Below, one piece after another: positions 17,406 through 26,191 of a DNA stretch of 63,484 nt. This stretch comes from Gemmatimonadota bacterium (GTDB lineage: Bacteria > Gemmatimonadota > Gemmatimonadetes > Gemmatimonadales > GWC2-71-9): NCBI GenBank assembly GCA_041499215.1, contig JBGQJV010000001.1, positions 1-63,484 of the forward strand. Direction: 5' to 3'. Every line of letters starts with the position of its first letter. Position 1 is the first letter of the stretch. The position numbers were made by a program, and so were the translations under genes. The notes beneath the pieces are model-generated. The model was not told the origin of the DNA and ran no database searches. It saw only the letters and a program-made list of their open reading frames with translations.

Positions 17406-17436
17406 GCGGCGGACGATCCGGTGGATCGCCCGCCGC
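17406..17436 (-). terminator. GC-rich hairpin downstream of pilin copy 1
   Basis: GCGGCGGaCGATCC-ggt-GGATCGcCCGCCGC, about 20 nt after the pilin stop. Weak T-run. Confidence 0.4.
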
Positions 17437-17454
17437 CTTGTCATCCTGCGAGGC

Positions 17455-17859
17455 CTAGTAGCAGGACGGCGAGCCTTCCTGAACCACCGCCGCGTTCGGA
17501 GCAGGCGCGGTCCCGACGTAGATGCCGCAGGTCTGCGGCGCCTGGGTCACGGCCGGGTTGGTCATCGTGGCGTTCCACCCACCCGCCGTCACGTTGGCCA
17601 GAACCAGCACGTTGCCGGTGCTCGGGGTGAACGCGACCACGCCCGCGGCCTGCACCGCGCCAATCGCCGGCGCGTAGGCGTTGTTGTCCGAGAAGTAGGC
17701 TTCCTGCGCAGTCACCAAGTTCCGCAGGTCCGACTTCATCGAGGCCACGACCGCCTTCTGCTTGGTGTTGGCGAACTTCGGAATGGCGATGGCGGCCAAG
17801 ATGCCGATGATCACCACCACAATCAGAAGCTCGATCAGGGTAAAGCCCTTGCGATTCAT
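17455..17859 (-). CDS. pilA: type IV major pilin (copy 1, 134 aa)
   Basis: Prepilin leader and N-methylation motif MNRKG/FTLIELLIVVVIIGILAAIAIPKF. C-terminal Cys pair (C...SPSCY). GGAGG SD 4 nt upstream. Confidence 0.9.
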   Translation of the reverse strand: MNRKGFTLIELLIVVVIIGILAAIAIPKFANTKQKAVVASMKSDLRNLVTAQEAYFSDNNAYAPAIGAVQAAGVVAFTPSTGNVLVLANVTAGGWNATMTNPAVTQAPQTCGIYVGTAPAPNAAVVQEGSPSCY

Positions 17860-17931
17860 GCTGCCTCCAGATGAAGTACCCATTGAACGCGGACGTCGCG
17901 CAGCGAGACACCAGTACCGATTGCTCAGGGG

Positions 17932-17946
17932 GCAACGCGCATGCCA
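17932..17946 (-). promoter_or_regulatory. sigma54 (-24/-12) promoter candidate for pilin copy 1
   Basis: Minus strand TGGCATGCGCGTTGC, matching TGGCAC-N5-TTGC, about 75 nt upstream of the ATG. pilS/pilR lie nearby. Confidence 0.6.
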
Positions 17947-18082
17947 AAGAACATGACACCTCGCTAATGCAATAATCCAGAATGAGTTGGACCATGCGGC
18001 ACTATTCCTGGACCGGCCTCCCGCGGCCTTTCGGTTGCCGGATTCTGCATGAGGTCTTTCACCTCTGGACGAGTGGCCAGCC

Positions 18083-18724
18083 TCAGGGCCAGCGCCACCA
18101 TCCGCGCACCACTGGGAGCGTATGTGTCCGAAATCCGGACCGCCCCCATGATCCAGCGGTCGGCGATCGACCTGCCTCCCGCTCCAGCTCCACCCTGGGC
18201 ATCCCCGACCCCGAGCGACAGTCGCCCCATTCAGGGAGCGACTGCTCTGGCCCTACCACCCTGATAGTATAGTGACAGTAAGCCGACACTCGCATCGCCT
18301 CCGTGAGGGCCGCGCTCGAGGTCCGCTCGGGAGGGTCGGCCGTTTGGAGTTCAATGAGCTGGGCAACGCCATCCCTCGCCAGGACGGACCCGTCGGCTGT
18401 GATTGCTTCGCCAACCGACCGGAGCAGGAAAAGATGGGCGCCGAGGCGTATGACAGAGTCGTGGGTTCGGATCGACCCGGGAAGATCAGGTCCAGCGAGT
18501 GGTGCCACGATGCCGGGGACGAGGTCACTCGTGACCACCGAGTCCCACTCGGCTACGTGGCGGCCCACCGCGCCCGCAGCAGCCTCGTAGGCCTGGCGGG
18601 CAGCCAGCTGACGGTAACCGCTCAGCCAGCGTAGCCTGGCCGCCGCGAGAACCACGGTGGCGAGCGCCCCGGCGAGCAGCAGGGCCACCATCGCCATGAA
18701 CAGCGCCACCCCCTGTCGGTTCAT
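18083..18724 (-). CDS. PilX-like minor pilin / pilus assembly protein
   Basis: N-terminus MNRQGVALFMAMVALLLAGALATVVL is typical of PilX-type proteins. 4-nt overlap with the upstream gene. The C-terminal tail looks low quality. Confidence 0.55.
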   Translation of the reverse strand: MNRQGVALFMAMVALLLAGALATVVLAAARLRWLSGYRQLAARQAYEAAAGAVGRHVAEWDSVVTSDLVPGIVAPLAGPDLPGSIRTHDSVIRLGAHLFLLRSVGEAITADGSVLARDGVAQLIELQTADPPERTSSAALTEAMRVSAYCHYTIRVVGPEQSLPEWGDCRSGSGMPRVELEREAGRSPTAGSWGRSGFRTHTLPVVRGWWRWP

Positions 18725-19509
18725 TGCAGGTTCCTCGGCTGTAGCTTCACCCTGGCCGAGTCACCGGGGCGCGCAGGGGAGAGGCGCAATTCGAGCTGAC
18801 GCACCAGCGCGGGCTCGGCCACCTCCCGCCCCATGGCATCGCGGTAAGTCAACCGGAGACCCTGCGGCGAGAGCGGGCCGGTGACGGGCTGGATCGCCTC
18901 GCCTGCACTTTCCGATCTCGCTCCCAGCCACCATTCCCCCTGGGAGCGATACAGCCTGAGCTGCATGATCTCGAATGTCCGGACCGGCACGAGGGGAGGA
19001 AGGCCGGTCAGTCGGGAGGCATCAATGTCGGTGCCCAGTCTGAGCGCCGGCTGGCCGGCACAGCTCGAGCCGCTCACGCTGCTGATGGCCAGCGCTGCCC
19101 AGGTGCCGTGCCCTGGTGCGGAATCGGCGGACAGGAACAGCAGCAGACTGTCCCGACCAGGCTGGGGAGTGCGCCAGAGGCTCTGCTGGTCACGCCGAAT
19201 CCGCACCTGATCCGTCGCCACGAGACAAGCGAGCCCCGCCGAGCGGAAAGCGCGATAGCTCATGGAGTCCACCCCAAGCCGAAGGAGATCGGTAGCGCCA
19301 TCGGCACGCCCGACCTCGGCGAGCTCAGCCGCGAGCCAGGCGCTGGCTTGATCCAGGGTGCCATAGGCCTGGTCCCGCTCGAGCAGGATCCCGGTCGCGC
19401 GCCGCTGGCCGATCAGCGCTCGGGTCACTGCCGTGCCCAGCAGACCAAACAGCACCAGCGCAACCAGGAGATCCACCAGGGTGAGTCCTCGGCGTGTGGT
19501 CAGAGACAT
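18721..19509 (-). CDS. PilW-like minor pilin
   Basis: Prepilin-type N-terminus MSLTTRRG/LTLVDLLVALVLFGLLGT (Asp instead of Glu at +5). Start at Met6 of the ORF. Confidence 0.6.
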   Translation of the reverse strand: MSLTTRRGLTLVDLLVALVLFGLLGTAVTRALIGQRRATGILLERDQAYGTLDQASAWLAAELAEVGRADGATDLLRLGVDSMSYRAFRSAGLACLVATDQVRIRRDQQSLWRTPQPGRDSLLLFLSADSAPGHGTWAALAISSVSGSSCAGQPALRLGTDIDASRLTGLPPLVPVRTFEIMQLRLYRSQGEWWLGARSESAGEAIQPVTGPLSPQGLRLTYRDAMGREVAEPALVRQLELRLSPARPGDSARVKLQPRNLQ

Positions 19510-19871
19510 GGTAGGAAGGTCCATGCCGTCTCCGCGGAGGCTCTCCCCATGGATGGGAACGAGAGGACCAGGTTGACCTCGCGGCCGCCGGCCGCAGGAC
19601 TAATGTCCCACCGGGCCCCAGTGCCGGGTGTCCCGATGGCCGAGCCCGAGGCGACGGCGGAGCAGCGGCCACCCTGGGCGTCGAGCGCGCCCCTGAGCGA
19701 ATCCAGCACGGTGCCCGCCAGCCTCGCCGCGGTTGCTGCGCGCTCGCCTGCTGCCTCGGCCCGCAATGCCAGAGCGGTCGTGGCCGCGGCGCCGAGCACC
19801 CCGACAGCGAAAATCAGCAGGGCGACCAGACACTCGACTGTGGTCAACCCGGTGTTGTCCCGATTCATCAT
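19500..19871 (-). CDS. PilV-like minor pilin
   Basis: Prepilin-type N-terminus MMNRDNTG/LTTVECLVALLIFAVGVLG (Glu at +5). Start at Met23 of the ORF. Confidence 0.6.
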   Translation of the reverse strand: MMNRDNTGLTTVECLVALLIFAVGVLGAAATTALALRAEAAGERAATAARLAGTVLDSLRGALDAQGGRCSAVASGSAIGTPGTGARWDISPAAGGREVNLVLSFPSMGRASAETAWTFLPCL

Positions 19872-20026
19872 GCCCCGCCTGGTTGGATCGGGGCAAACGT
19901 TAGGGTCCGCAGGTTCCCGGGAAGGGCACAGATCCACGCGGAGCGGTGCGCATCAACGCGAGGGGGAAAAACCGCGGGGCGACGGATCGCTCCGTCGCCC
20001 CGCGTCCTTCTGAAGCACCCGGCCGC

Positions 20027-20431
20027 TTAGTAGCAGGACGGCGAGCCTTCCTGAACCACCGCCGCGTTCGGAGCAGGCGCGGTCCCGACGTAGATGCCGC
20101 AGGTCTGCGGCGCCTGAGTCACGGCCGGGTTGGTCATCGTGGCGTTCCACCCACCCGCCGTCACGTTGGCCAGAACCAGCACGTTGCCGGTGCTCGGGGT
20201 GAACGCGACCACGCCCGCGGCCTGCGCCGCGCCAATCGCCGGCGCGTAGGCGTTGTTGTCCGAGAAGTAAGCTTCCTGCGCGGTGACCAGGTTCCGCAGG
20301 TCCGACTTCATCGAGGCCACGACCGCCTTCTGCTTGGTGTTGGCGAACTTCGGAATGGCGATGGCGGCCAGAATGCCAATGATCACCACGACAATCAGAA
20401 GCTCGATCAGGGTAAAGCCCTTGCGATTCAT
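20027..20431 (-). CDS. pilA: type IV major pilin (copy 2, 134 aa)
   Basis: Protein identical to copy 1 except one residue (AIGAAQAAG vs AIGAVQAAG). GGAGG SD. TAA stop instead of TAG. Confidence 0.9.
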   Translation of the reverse strand: MNRKGFTLIELLIVVVIIGILAAIAIPKFANTKQKAVVASMKSDLRNLVTAQEAYFSDNNAYAPAIGAAQAAGVVAFTPSTGNVLVLANVTAGGWNATMTNPAVTQAPQTCGIYVGTAPAPNAAVVQEGSPSCY

Positions 20432-20509
20432 ACATCCTCCGCTGGTCGCGGCCCAGGGAGGCCGCATGGGGTTGTTAGTGAACTGCCGTGTTACCGGCAG
20501 ACCACTAAG

Positions 20510-20524
20510 GCAACCCGCATACCA
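20510..20524 (-). promoter_or_regulatory. sigma54 (-24/-12) promoter candidate for pilin copy 2
   Basis: Minus strand TGGTATGCGGGTTGC, about 80 nt upstream of the ATG. Flanking sequence is unrelated to that of copy 1. Confidence 0.5.
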
Positions 20525-20689
20525 ACCGCCCGCAATCCGCTAAGGTGCCTCGCGCCAATGTGTTAAAGAGTGTTGCACGGGTCCATCGGCTCGGATCGGG
20601 GTGGCAAGACGCAAGGTGGGGTCTGCGGACCGGAGCGCCAGGTAACCGCGCTCCGGCGTTTCTTCGCGCTAGTCAGGGCCTTTTTCACT

Positions 20690-22072
20690 TCATGAAGGGG
20701 CTGGAGTCTGCTGTTCCTCGTACCTGGAGAGCTTCCTATAGAGGGTGGAGGGGTCGATACCGAGGACCTCGGCGGCCCGCGTCTTGTTGCCGCCTTCGGA
20801 TTGAAGCACATACATAATGTAGGCGCGCTCGATGACGTCGAGGGTGGGGTTGGGATAAGTCCGCTCGGCTACCAGGGGATCCTTGCGCCGCTTGGTGATG
20901 CGCTCGGGCAGGGCCGCCGGCTCGATCACGTCACCCCGGGTCAGCACCCAGGCGTGTTCCAGCGCGTTCTCCAGCTCGCGCACGTTCCCGGGCCAGTCGT
21001 AAACCATGACGGCATCGAGCGCCTCCGAGGAGAGCGCCTTGGGCTCGGCGCTGTGCTCGGTGGCCAGCCGCTGGAGGAACGACTCCATCAGCAGGAGCAC
21101 GTCCTCCCGCCGGTCCCGGAGCGGGGGCAGGTGGATGGTGATCACGTTGAGCCGATAGAACAGATCCGAGCGGAAGCGGCCGCGGCGGGCTTCTTCCTCG
21201 AGATCACGGTTGGTGGCGGCGATGATACGAACATCGACCGGGATCGCCTCGGTGGCCCCGACCGGGATCGCCTCCCGCTCCTGCAGCACCCGGAGCAGCT
21301 TGACCTGGAGCGCCGGGGCCATGTCGCCTACTTCGTCGAGGAAGAAACTCCCTCCCCGGGCGGCGGCGAAGAGTCCCTGCTTGTCGCGTACCGCGCCGGT
21401 GAACGACCCCTTCACGTGCCCGAACAGCTCCGACTCCAGCAGGTTCTCCGGCAATGCTCCGCAGTTGATGGAGAGAAACGGACCGTCGGTGCGGTTGGAG
21501 GTATTGTGGATGTAACGCGCCACCACTTCCTTGCCGGTGCCGCTCTCCCCCTGGATCAGCACGGTCGACTCGGTGGGCGCGACCTGTTCCGCCAGCTTCA
21601 TGGTATCGAGGAATCGGCGGGACTTGCCGATCGGCCGGCTGACACTGGCGCGGTCCCGTCGCTTGATCTCCTGCCGCAGGTGCTTGTTCTCGACCCGCAC
21701 CGCGCGGTAATCGGAGGCGCGGCGCAGGATTGCTACCAGCTCGTCATTGGCGAATGGCTTCTGGATATAGTAAAAGGCGCCGGCGTTGACGGCCGCGATC
21801 GCGGTCTGCAGCGAGGCCTGAGCGGTCATCAGGATGACCGGGGTCATCGGGTCCTGCTCCCGGGCCGCGGCCAGGATGTCGAGCCCGGTGACCTGGGGCA
21901 TTCGCACGTCGGTGAGGACTACATCGTGGGTGCCGGCCTTGATCGCCTCGAGACCGGCCTTGCCGCCCTGCGCAGTGGTGACCTCGAAGCCCTCCTTCTT
22001 GAGCAGGATCCTGAGGGTATCGAGGATGCCGGACTCGTCGTCGATGATCAGGAGCGAGGGTTTCTGACTCAT
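20690..22072 (-). CDS. pilR: sigma54-dependent response regulator (PilR/NtrC family)
   Basis: Receiver domain (LLIIDDE...DVRMP). AAA+ GESGTGKE and GSFTGA loop. C-terminal HTH AAEVLGIDPSTLYRKL. Directly upstream of the pilin genes. Confidence 0.8.
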   Translation of the reverse strand: MSQKPSLLIIDDESGILDTLRILLKKEGFEVTTAQGGKAGLEAIKAGTHDVVLTDVRMPQVTGLDILAAAREQDPMTPVILMTAQASLQTAIAAVNAGAFYYIQKPFANDELVAILRRASDYRAVRVENKHLRQEIKRRDRASVSRPIGKSRRFLDTMKLAEQVAPTESTVLIQGESGTGKEVVARYIHNTSNRTDGPFLSINCGALPENLLESELFGHVKGSFTGAVRDKQGLFAAARGGSFFLDEVGDMAPALQVKLLRVLQEREAIPVGATEAIPVDVRIIAATNRDLEEEARRGRFRSDLFYRLNVITIHLPPLRDRREDVLLLMESFLQRLATEHSAEPKALSSEALDAVMVYDWPGNVRELENALEHAWVLTRGDVIEPAALPERITKRRKDPLVAERTYPNPTLDVIERAYIMYVLQSEGGNKTRAAEVLGIDPSTLYRKLSRYEEQQTPAPS

Positions 22073-23739
22073 GCCGCTTCCTCCGCCGCGCGCCGGGCGG
22101 GAAAGAAAATCGTGAAGGTCGTGCCTTTGCCCGGATGCGAATCCACCAGCACCATCCCGCGATGCGCCTCGACGGCGCGCTGCACGATGGCCAGGCCGAG
22201 ACCAGTACCGCCCGCCCGGCCGGTCACGAACGGCTGGAACAACCGCTCCCTAAGCTCCTCGGGAATGCCCGGCCCGGTGTCCTTCACCTCGAGGCACACC
22301 GGCTGCTCGAGGGTACAGCCTCCGGGCAGCTCGGCCACCTTCGCCGGCCGGGTGGTCACGGTTACCACCGCCGGTCCGCGGGCCGCCTGGACCGCATTGA
22401 GCAGCAGGTTGGCCACCACCCGGTGCAGCAGGTCCTCGTCCCCGTCGAGCACCGTCCGGGCCCCCTGCACCCGGATCTCGATCTCCGAGCGGCAGTCGGG
22501 GTGCTCGCGCACCAGCCGCGCGGCGGCGGTGACCACGGCCTGCAGATCCACCGGAACGAATTCGGTCGCCCGGACCCGGGCGAAATCCAGGAACTCCGAC
22601 AAGAGCCGGCTCAGGCGGTCACTCTCGCGAACGATCAGCTGGGCGAGATAGCGGTCGTCTTCGTCTCCATGCGCCGACCGGGCCAGCTGCTCCACCGAAC
22701 TCCGGATGGAGGCGAGCGGGTTGCGGATCTCATGGGCCAGAGATGCCGAGAGTGCCGCAACCGCCTCGAGCCGCTCCGCGCGCAGATTGAGCTCGTTGAG
22801 CCGCTTGAGATCGGAGATGTCGGTGAAGATCGCGGTCACCGAGGGGCGTCCATCGGAATCCCGTTCAAAGGTCGTCGTGGAAAGCCCGATGGGGAAGATC
22901 CGGCCGTCGGCGTGCTGCACGGTACCCTCGCCGCGGCTTACCTTGCGGCCGTGGCGGATGGCGGCCACCAGCGCCGCCCAGAGCTCGGGGGAGCGCAGCT
23001 TGAGCTGATCCAGCACCGGCAGCCCCGTCACCCGCTCGCCGTCCACCTGCAGCAGCCGCTCGGCCATGGGATTGATGAACGCGAGCCGGCCGGCGTCGTC
23101 CACCGTCATGACCCCCGAACGGATGTGCCGCAGAATCTCGTCGGCCTCGAGTCGCACCCGGCGGAGCTCGATCTCGAGCGTCTGGCGCTCCACCCCGGCG
23201 GCCCGGAGCCGCGAGGCCAGCACCCCCACCAGCACGTAGGCGGCAATGAACACCCCGACCTGGCCCCAGAACGCCAGACCCGGGATCGATCCCTGGAGCC
23301 ACATGCTGTCCGCGAAGTATGCTCCCGCGATGGTGAGGGCCACCAGCAGACCGCCACCGAAAGTCATCAGGAGGGCGTAGGCGGCGATGATCAGGATGTA
23401 CAGCGATGGGAACGGACTACGCGGCCCTTCGGTGAAGTGCACCAGCAGGGTGGTGAGTCCGATGTCCCCCAGGGCCTGCAGGTAGAAGAACAGCTGGCCC
23501 GGGCTCCGGTGCCGGAGCCAGACCACCCAGTAGCCGTACGCCGTAAGCACAAAGGCGAACAGCACCCCGAGGCTCACCAGAAAGGAGAGCCCCGGCTGGC
23601 TGGTCCACTCGAGCGACGCGAGTACCAGGGTCGTCACCGCGAGCACCAGCCGGGCTCCGAAGACCCAGGAAAGCAGTGTCTTCTGGTCCGGCAGGGCGCG
23701 GGCACCCTGGCGTGGCGGGGAGTTGGCCATCGAAGACAA
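22069..23739 (-). CDS. pilS: membrane sensor histidine kinase (PilS-like)
   Basis: About 6 N-terminal TM helices, a PAS-like region, H-box SLAHEIRNPLASI, and HATPase motifs DTGPGIP and GTGLGLAIV. 4-nt overlap with pilR. Confidence 0.75.
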   Translation of the reverse strand: MSSMANSPPRQGARALPDQKTLLSWVFGARLVLAVTTLVLASLEWTSQPGLSFLVSLGVLFAFVLTAYGYWVVWLRHRSPGQLFFYLQALGDIGLTTLLVHFTEGPRSPFPSLYILIIAAYALLMTFGGGLLVALTIAGAYFADSMWLQGSIPGLAFWGQVGVFIAAYVLVGVLASRLRAAGVERQTLEIELRRVRLEADEILRHIRSGVMTVDDAGRLAFINPMAERLLQVDGERVTGLPVLDQLKLRSPELWAALVAAIRHGRKVSRGEGTVQHADGRIFPIGLSTTTFERDSDGRPSVTAIFTDISDLKRLNELNLRAERLEAVAALSASLAHEIRNPLASIRSSVEQLARSAHGDEDDRYLAQLIVRESDRLSRLLSEFLDFARVRATEFVPVDLQAVVTAAARLVREHPDCRSEIEIRVQGARTVLDGDEDLLHRVVANLLLNAVQAARGPAVVTVTTRPAKVAELPGGCTLEQPVCLEVKDTGPGIPEELRERLFQPFVTGRAGGTGLGLAIVQRAVEAHRGMVLVDSHPGKGTTFTIFFPARRAAEEAA

Positions 23740-23745
23740 GTTTAA

Positions 23746-24921
23746 GTGAACGGGAAGGCTGGGAACATGGGCGGACAGGCGGACAGGCGGACGGGCGGGC
23801 CGTCACCTGCAGCATCACGTGGCGAGAGCACCCGGATTGCTCACTGTCCGCCGGTCCGCCGGTCCGCCGGTCCGCCCTGGTCGGTTTACATCCTCCGCTG
23901 TGCCGATGGGTCGCTCTATACCGGCATCGCCCGGGACCCGGAGCGGCGCCTGGCGGAGCACAATAGTGCCGGTGGGGCGGTGTACACCCGAGCGCGCCGC
24001 CCGGTGACATTGGTTCACCAGGAGCCGGCCCGGGACCGTTCCGCGGCGCTTCGACGCGAATGGGCCATCAAGCAACTGAGCCGGACGGAGAAGTTGGAGC
24101 TGATCATGGGGAAGAAGGCGACAAAGGCGACCACCGCCACGAGGCTACGAGGCCACAAGGCGACAAGGCGACAAGCCGACGCGGAACGCGGAACGCAGAA
24201 CACGGAACGGTTTTCCTCCATCCGCCCCACCGCGATCAGGTTCCTCGCCCAGCTCAAGCGCCACAATACCCGGCCGTGGTTCGAGGCCAATCGCCCGGTG
24301 TATGAGGCGGAGATCCGCAATCCGCTCAAATCCCTGGTGGAAGAGGTGGATGTCCACCTGGCGCGAATCGCGCCCGAGATCACGGGCGACCCCCGGCGCT
24401 CGATCTTTCGCATCCACCGGGATGTGCGGTTCTCCCGGGACAAGTCTCCATACAAGACCCATGCTGCCTGCTGGTTCTATCATCATGACGCGGGCCGGGG
24501 AGTGGGAGGAGAGGCTCAGGGAGGAGCGGGATTCTACTTCCACTTCTCCCCCACCGAGAGCCTGCTCGGCGCCGGCATCTGGATGCCGCCGCGCGACTCG
24601 CTCATGCGGCTGCGCCAGGCGTTGGTGGACGACCTGGAGAGCTTCGAGGGGATCGTCCTGAGCAGGCAATTCCAGCGGCGCTTCGGCAAGTTGGATGAGG
24701 AAGCACTGCTCAAGCGCACCCCCAGGGGCTTCGCGGAGGACCATCCCGCGGCGCCGTGGCTCTTGTATCGGTCGTTCACCGTGGGTCGGGATCTCCGTCG
24801 GAAGGAGTTGCATTCGCCGGCCCTGCCACGCACTCTGGCCCGGGAATTCGAGGCGCTCACGCCCTTCGTGCGGTGGCTCAATGCTGCCCTGGGCTTCCGG
24901 GCCCTCGACCGGCGGGTATAG
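23746..24921 (+). CDS. single ORF joining a GIY-YIG (UPF0213-like) nuclease domain and a DUF2461 (TIGR02453-like) domain
   Basis: N-part WSVYILRCADGSLYTGIARDPERRLAEHN...TEKLELI. C-part from Met121 (24106): FLAQLKRHNTRPWFEANRPVYEAEIRNPL. There is no stop between them. The linker is encoded by tandem repeats. The real start is uncertain. Confidence 0.6.
   Translation: MNGKAGNMGGQADRRTGGPSPAASRGESTRIAHCPPVRRSAGPPWSVYILRCADGSLYTGIARDPERRLAEHNSAGGAVYTRARRPVTLVHQEPARDRSAALRREWAIKQLSRTEKLELIMGKKATKATTATRLRGHKATRRQADAERGTQNTERFSSIRPTAIRFLAQLKRHNTRPWFEANRPVYEAEIRNPLKSLVEEVDVHLARIAPEITGDPRRSIFRIHRDVRFSRDKSPYKTHAACWFYHHDAGRGVGGEAQGGAGFYFHFSPTESLLGAGIWMPPRDSLMRLRQALVDDLESFEGIVLSRQFQRRFGKLDEEALLKRTPRGFAEDHPAAPWLLYRSFTVGRDLRRKELHSPALPRTLAREFEALTPFVRWLNAALGFRALDRRV
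23769..23877. repeat. inverted pair of tandem 7-8 nt arrays (GGCGGAC x4 ... GTCCGCC x4)
   Basis: ggcggacaggcggacaggcggacgggcgggc at about 23770-23800, and gtccgccggtccgccggtccgccggtccgcc at about 23846-23877. The units are reverse complements. Confidence 0.8.
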
Positions 24922-24947
24922 CCCGCGGCAAGCCGCCTAGGCCTCGC

Positions 24948-25337
24948 ATGAGCGCGCCGGGACCGTCGCCGAGTCCCCTCACCCTCCTCACCCGGGCCCT
25001 CCGGCGTCGCTGTCCCAACTGCGGCAGCGACGGGCTGTTCACTTCGTGGTTCCAGATGCGGGAACGGTGCCCGACCTGCCTCATCCAGACCGAGCGTGGC
25101 GAGCAGGGCTACGTGGTGGGTGCATACATGTTCAACATCGTCGCGTCGGAGCTCATCTGGTTCTTGCTGGTCGGCTCAGTCACCCTGGCCACGTGGCCCG
25201 ATCCCCCATGGAACCTGCTGCTCTTCGGCGGGGGAGCGCTGATGCTGATCCTGCCGTTCCTGTTCTATCCGTTCTCGAAAACCGTGTTTCTCGCCTTTGA
25301 CCTGTTGTTCAGGCCGGTGGGCGAAGATGAGCCATAG
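24948..25337 (+). CDS. DUF983-like small membrane zinc-ribbon protein
   Basis: CPNCG...CPTC, followed by two TM helices. Start at MSAPGPS (Met65 of the ORF). Confidence 0.65.
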   Translation: MSAPGPSPSPLTLLTRALRRRCPNCGSDGLFTSWFQMRERCPTCLIQTERGEQGYVVGAYMFNIVASELIWFLLVGSVTLATWPDPPWNLLLFGGGALMLILPFLFYPFSKTVFLAFDLLFRPVGEDEP

Positions 25338-25352
25338 GGATGGGACTCTGAA

Positions 25353-25457
25353 GGTTCCGCGTTCCGCGTTCCCCGTTCCGCGTTTGAACCACGCGACGCG
25401 CCGGGTTCAGGCGGCTCCCTCCGGGTCAACGAAGGCGGAACTCGGAACGCGGAACCG
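25353..25457. repeat. inverted pair of heptamer arrays (GTTCCGC ... GCGGAAC)
   Basis: ggttccgcgttccgcgttccccgttccgcg, then about 50 nt, then ggcggaactcggaacgcggaaccg, in a convergent spacer. Confidence 0.8.
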
Positions 25458-25464
25458 TTCAGCC

Positions 25465-26019
25465 CTATTGCCATTGCACCCGATACCGGCACACCTCTCC
25501 GCCCTTCGCACGGCACTCTTCCTCGACGATGACCACCGCCCGGGCGCCACACATCTCGAGTGCCTTTCGGTGCCAGCCGACCACGGTCAGGCAGTCCGGG
25601 GCGCTGAAGGTCTCGGCGTCGTGGGTGGTGAGCACCCCCTCCTTGTCGCCGGTCCGCTGGTATTCCCGCCGGCCGGTTTCGTAGTAGAGCCGGTAGATGG
25701 TCGGGGCCTTGGCGAGGAAGGCGTGAGGGTCACCCGGCGTAAGGAAGGCGTGATGCAGCTTGGCGAGGTTCTGCTCGGCGGAAGCCTCACCCAGTCGGAG
25801 GAAGAAGTGGCTGTGCCCGCCGCCCAGCACATTGACGATCGCCTCGTCGACCCGGCGACCCAGGTCGAAGGGATACCACTTGACCGGGAGCAGCCGGCCG
25901 AGTTCGTGCTGATCCTCGGGAGAGAGGCTGCCGAGGACCTTCTCGCGCCCCGCGACGCCGAAGTGCTGATCGATGAAGCCAAGCCTGGCCTTGAGAACGG
26001 TCCCTTTGACTTGTTGCAT
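25465..26019 (-). CDS. hypothetical protein, possibly DUF2378/TIGR02265-like (V4R-like C-terminus)
   Basis: 184 aa. The C-terminal CRAKGGEVCRYRVQW pattern is reminiscent of V4R/TIGR02265 proteins. Assignment is from memory only. Confidence 0.35.
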   Translation of the reverse strand: MQQVKGTVLKARLGFIDQHFGVAGREKVLGSLSPEDQHELGRLLPVKWYPFDLGRRVDEAIVNVLGGGHSHFFLRLGEASAEQNLAKLHHAFLTPGDPHAFLAKAPTIYRLYYETGRREYQRTGDKEGVLTTHDAETFSAPDCLTVVGWHRKALEMCGARAVVIVEEECRAKGGEVCRYRVQWQ

Positions 26020-26191
26020 AGTTGGGCTGGAGGCTCCCTGGTATCGTCGATTGGGCCAGAGCGGGATAGTGGGCTGGTGCGAAAGTCTAACTGGGAGTTA
26101 CTCTGGGTGCATGGGCCCGCCCCCGCGCACCGACCCACTGAGCCACTGAGCCACCCCACTGGCCGACGATCTCAGCCGCTCGACTCACACC

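Noticed and set aside
17964-18230. 88-aa minus-strand ORF overlapping the 3' end of the PilX-like gene, considered as an additional minor pilin.
   Set aside because: It has no prepilin leader or hydrophobic N-terminus and no SD. It overlaps the sigma54 promoter region of pilin copy 1.
24181-25382. Inverted GCGGAAC / GTTCCGC arrays about 1.1 kb apart, flanking DUF2461 + DUF983, considered as terminal inverted repeats of a small mobile cassette.
   Set aside because: The same heptamer family occurs at many unrelated spacers. There is no transposase and no target-site duplication. More likely this is coincidence of the general repeat phenomenon.
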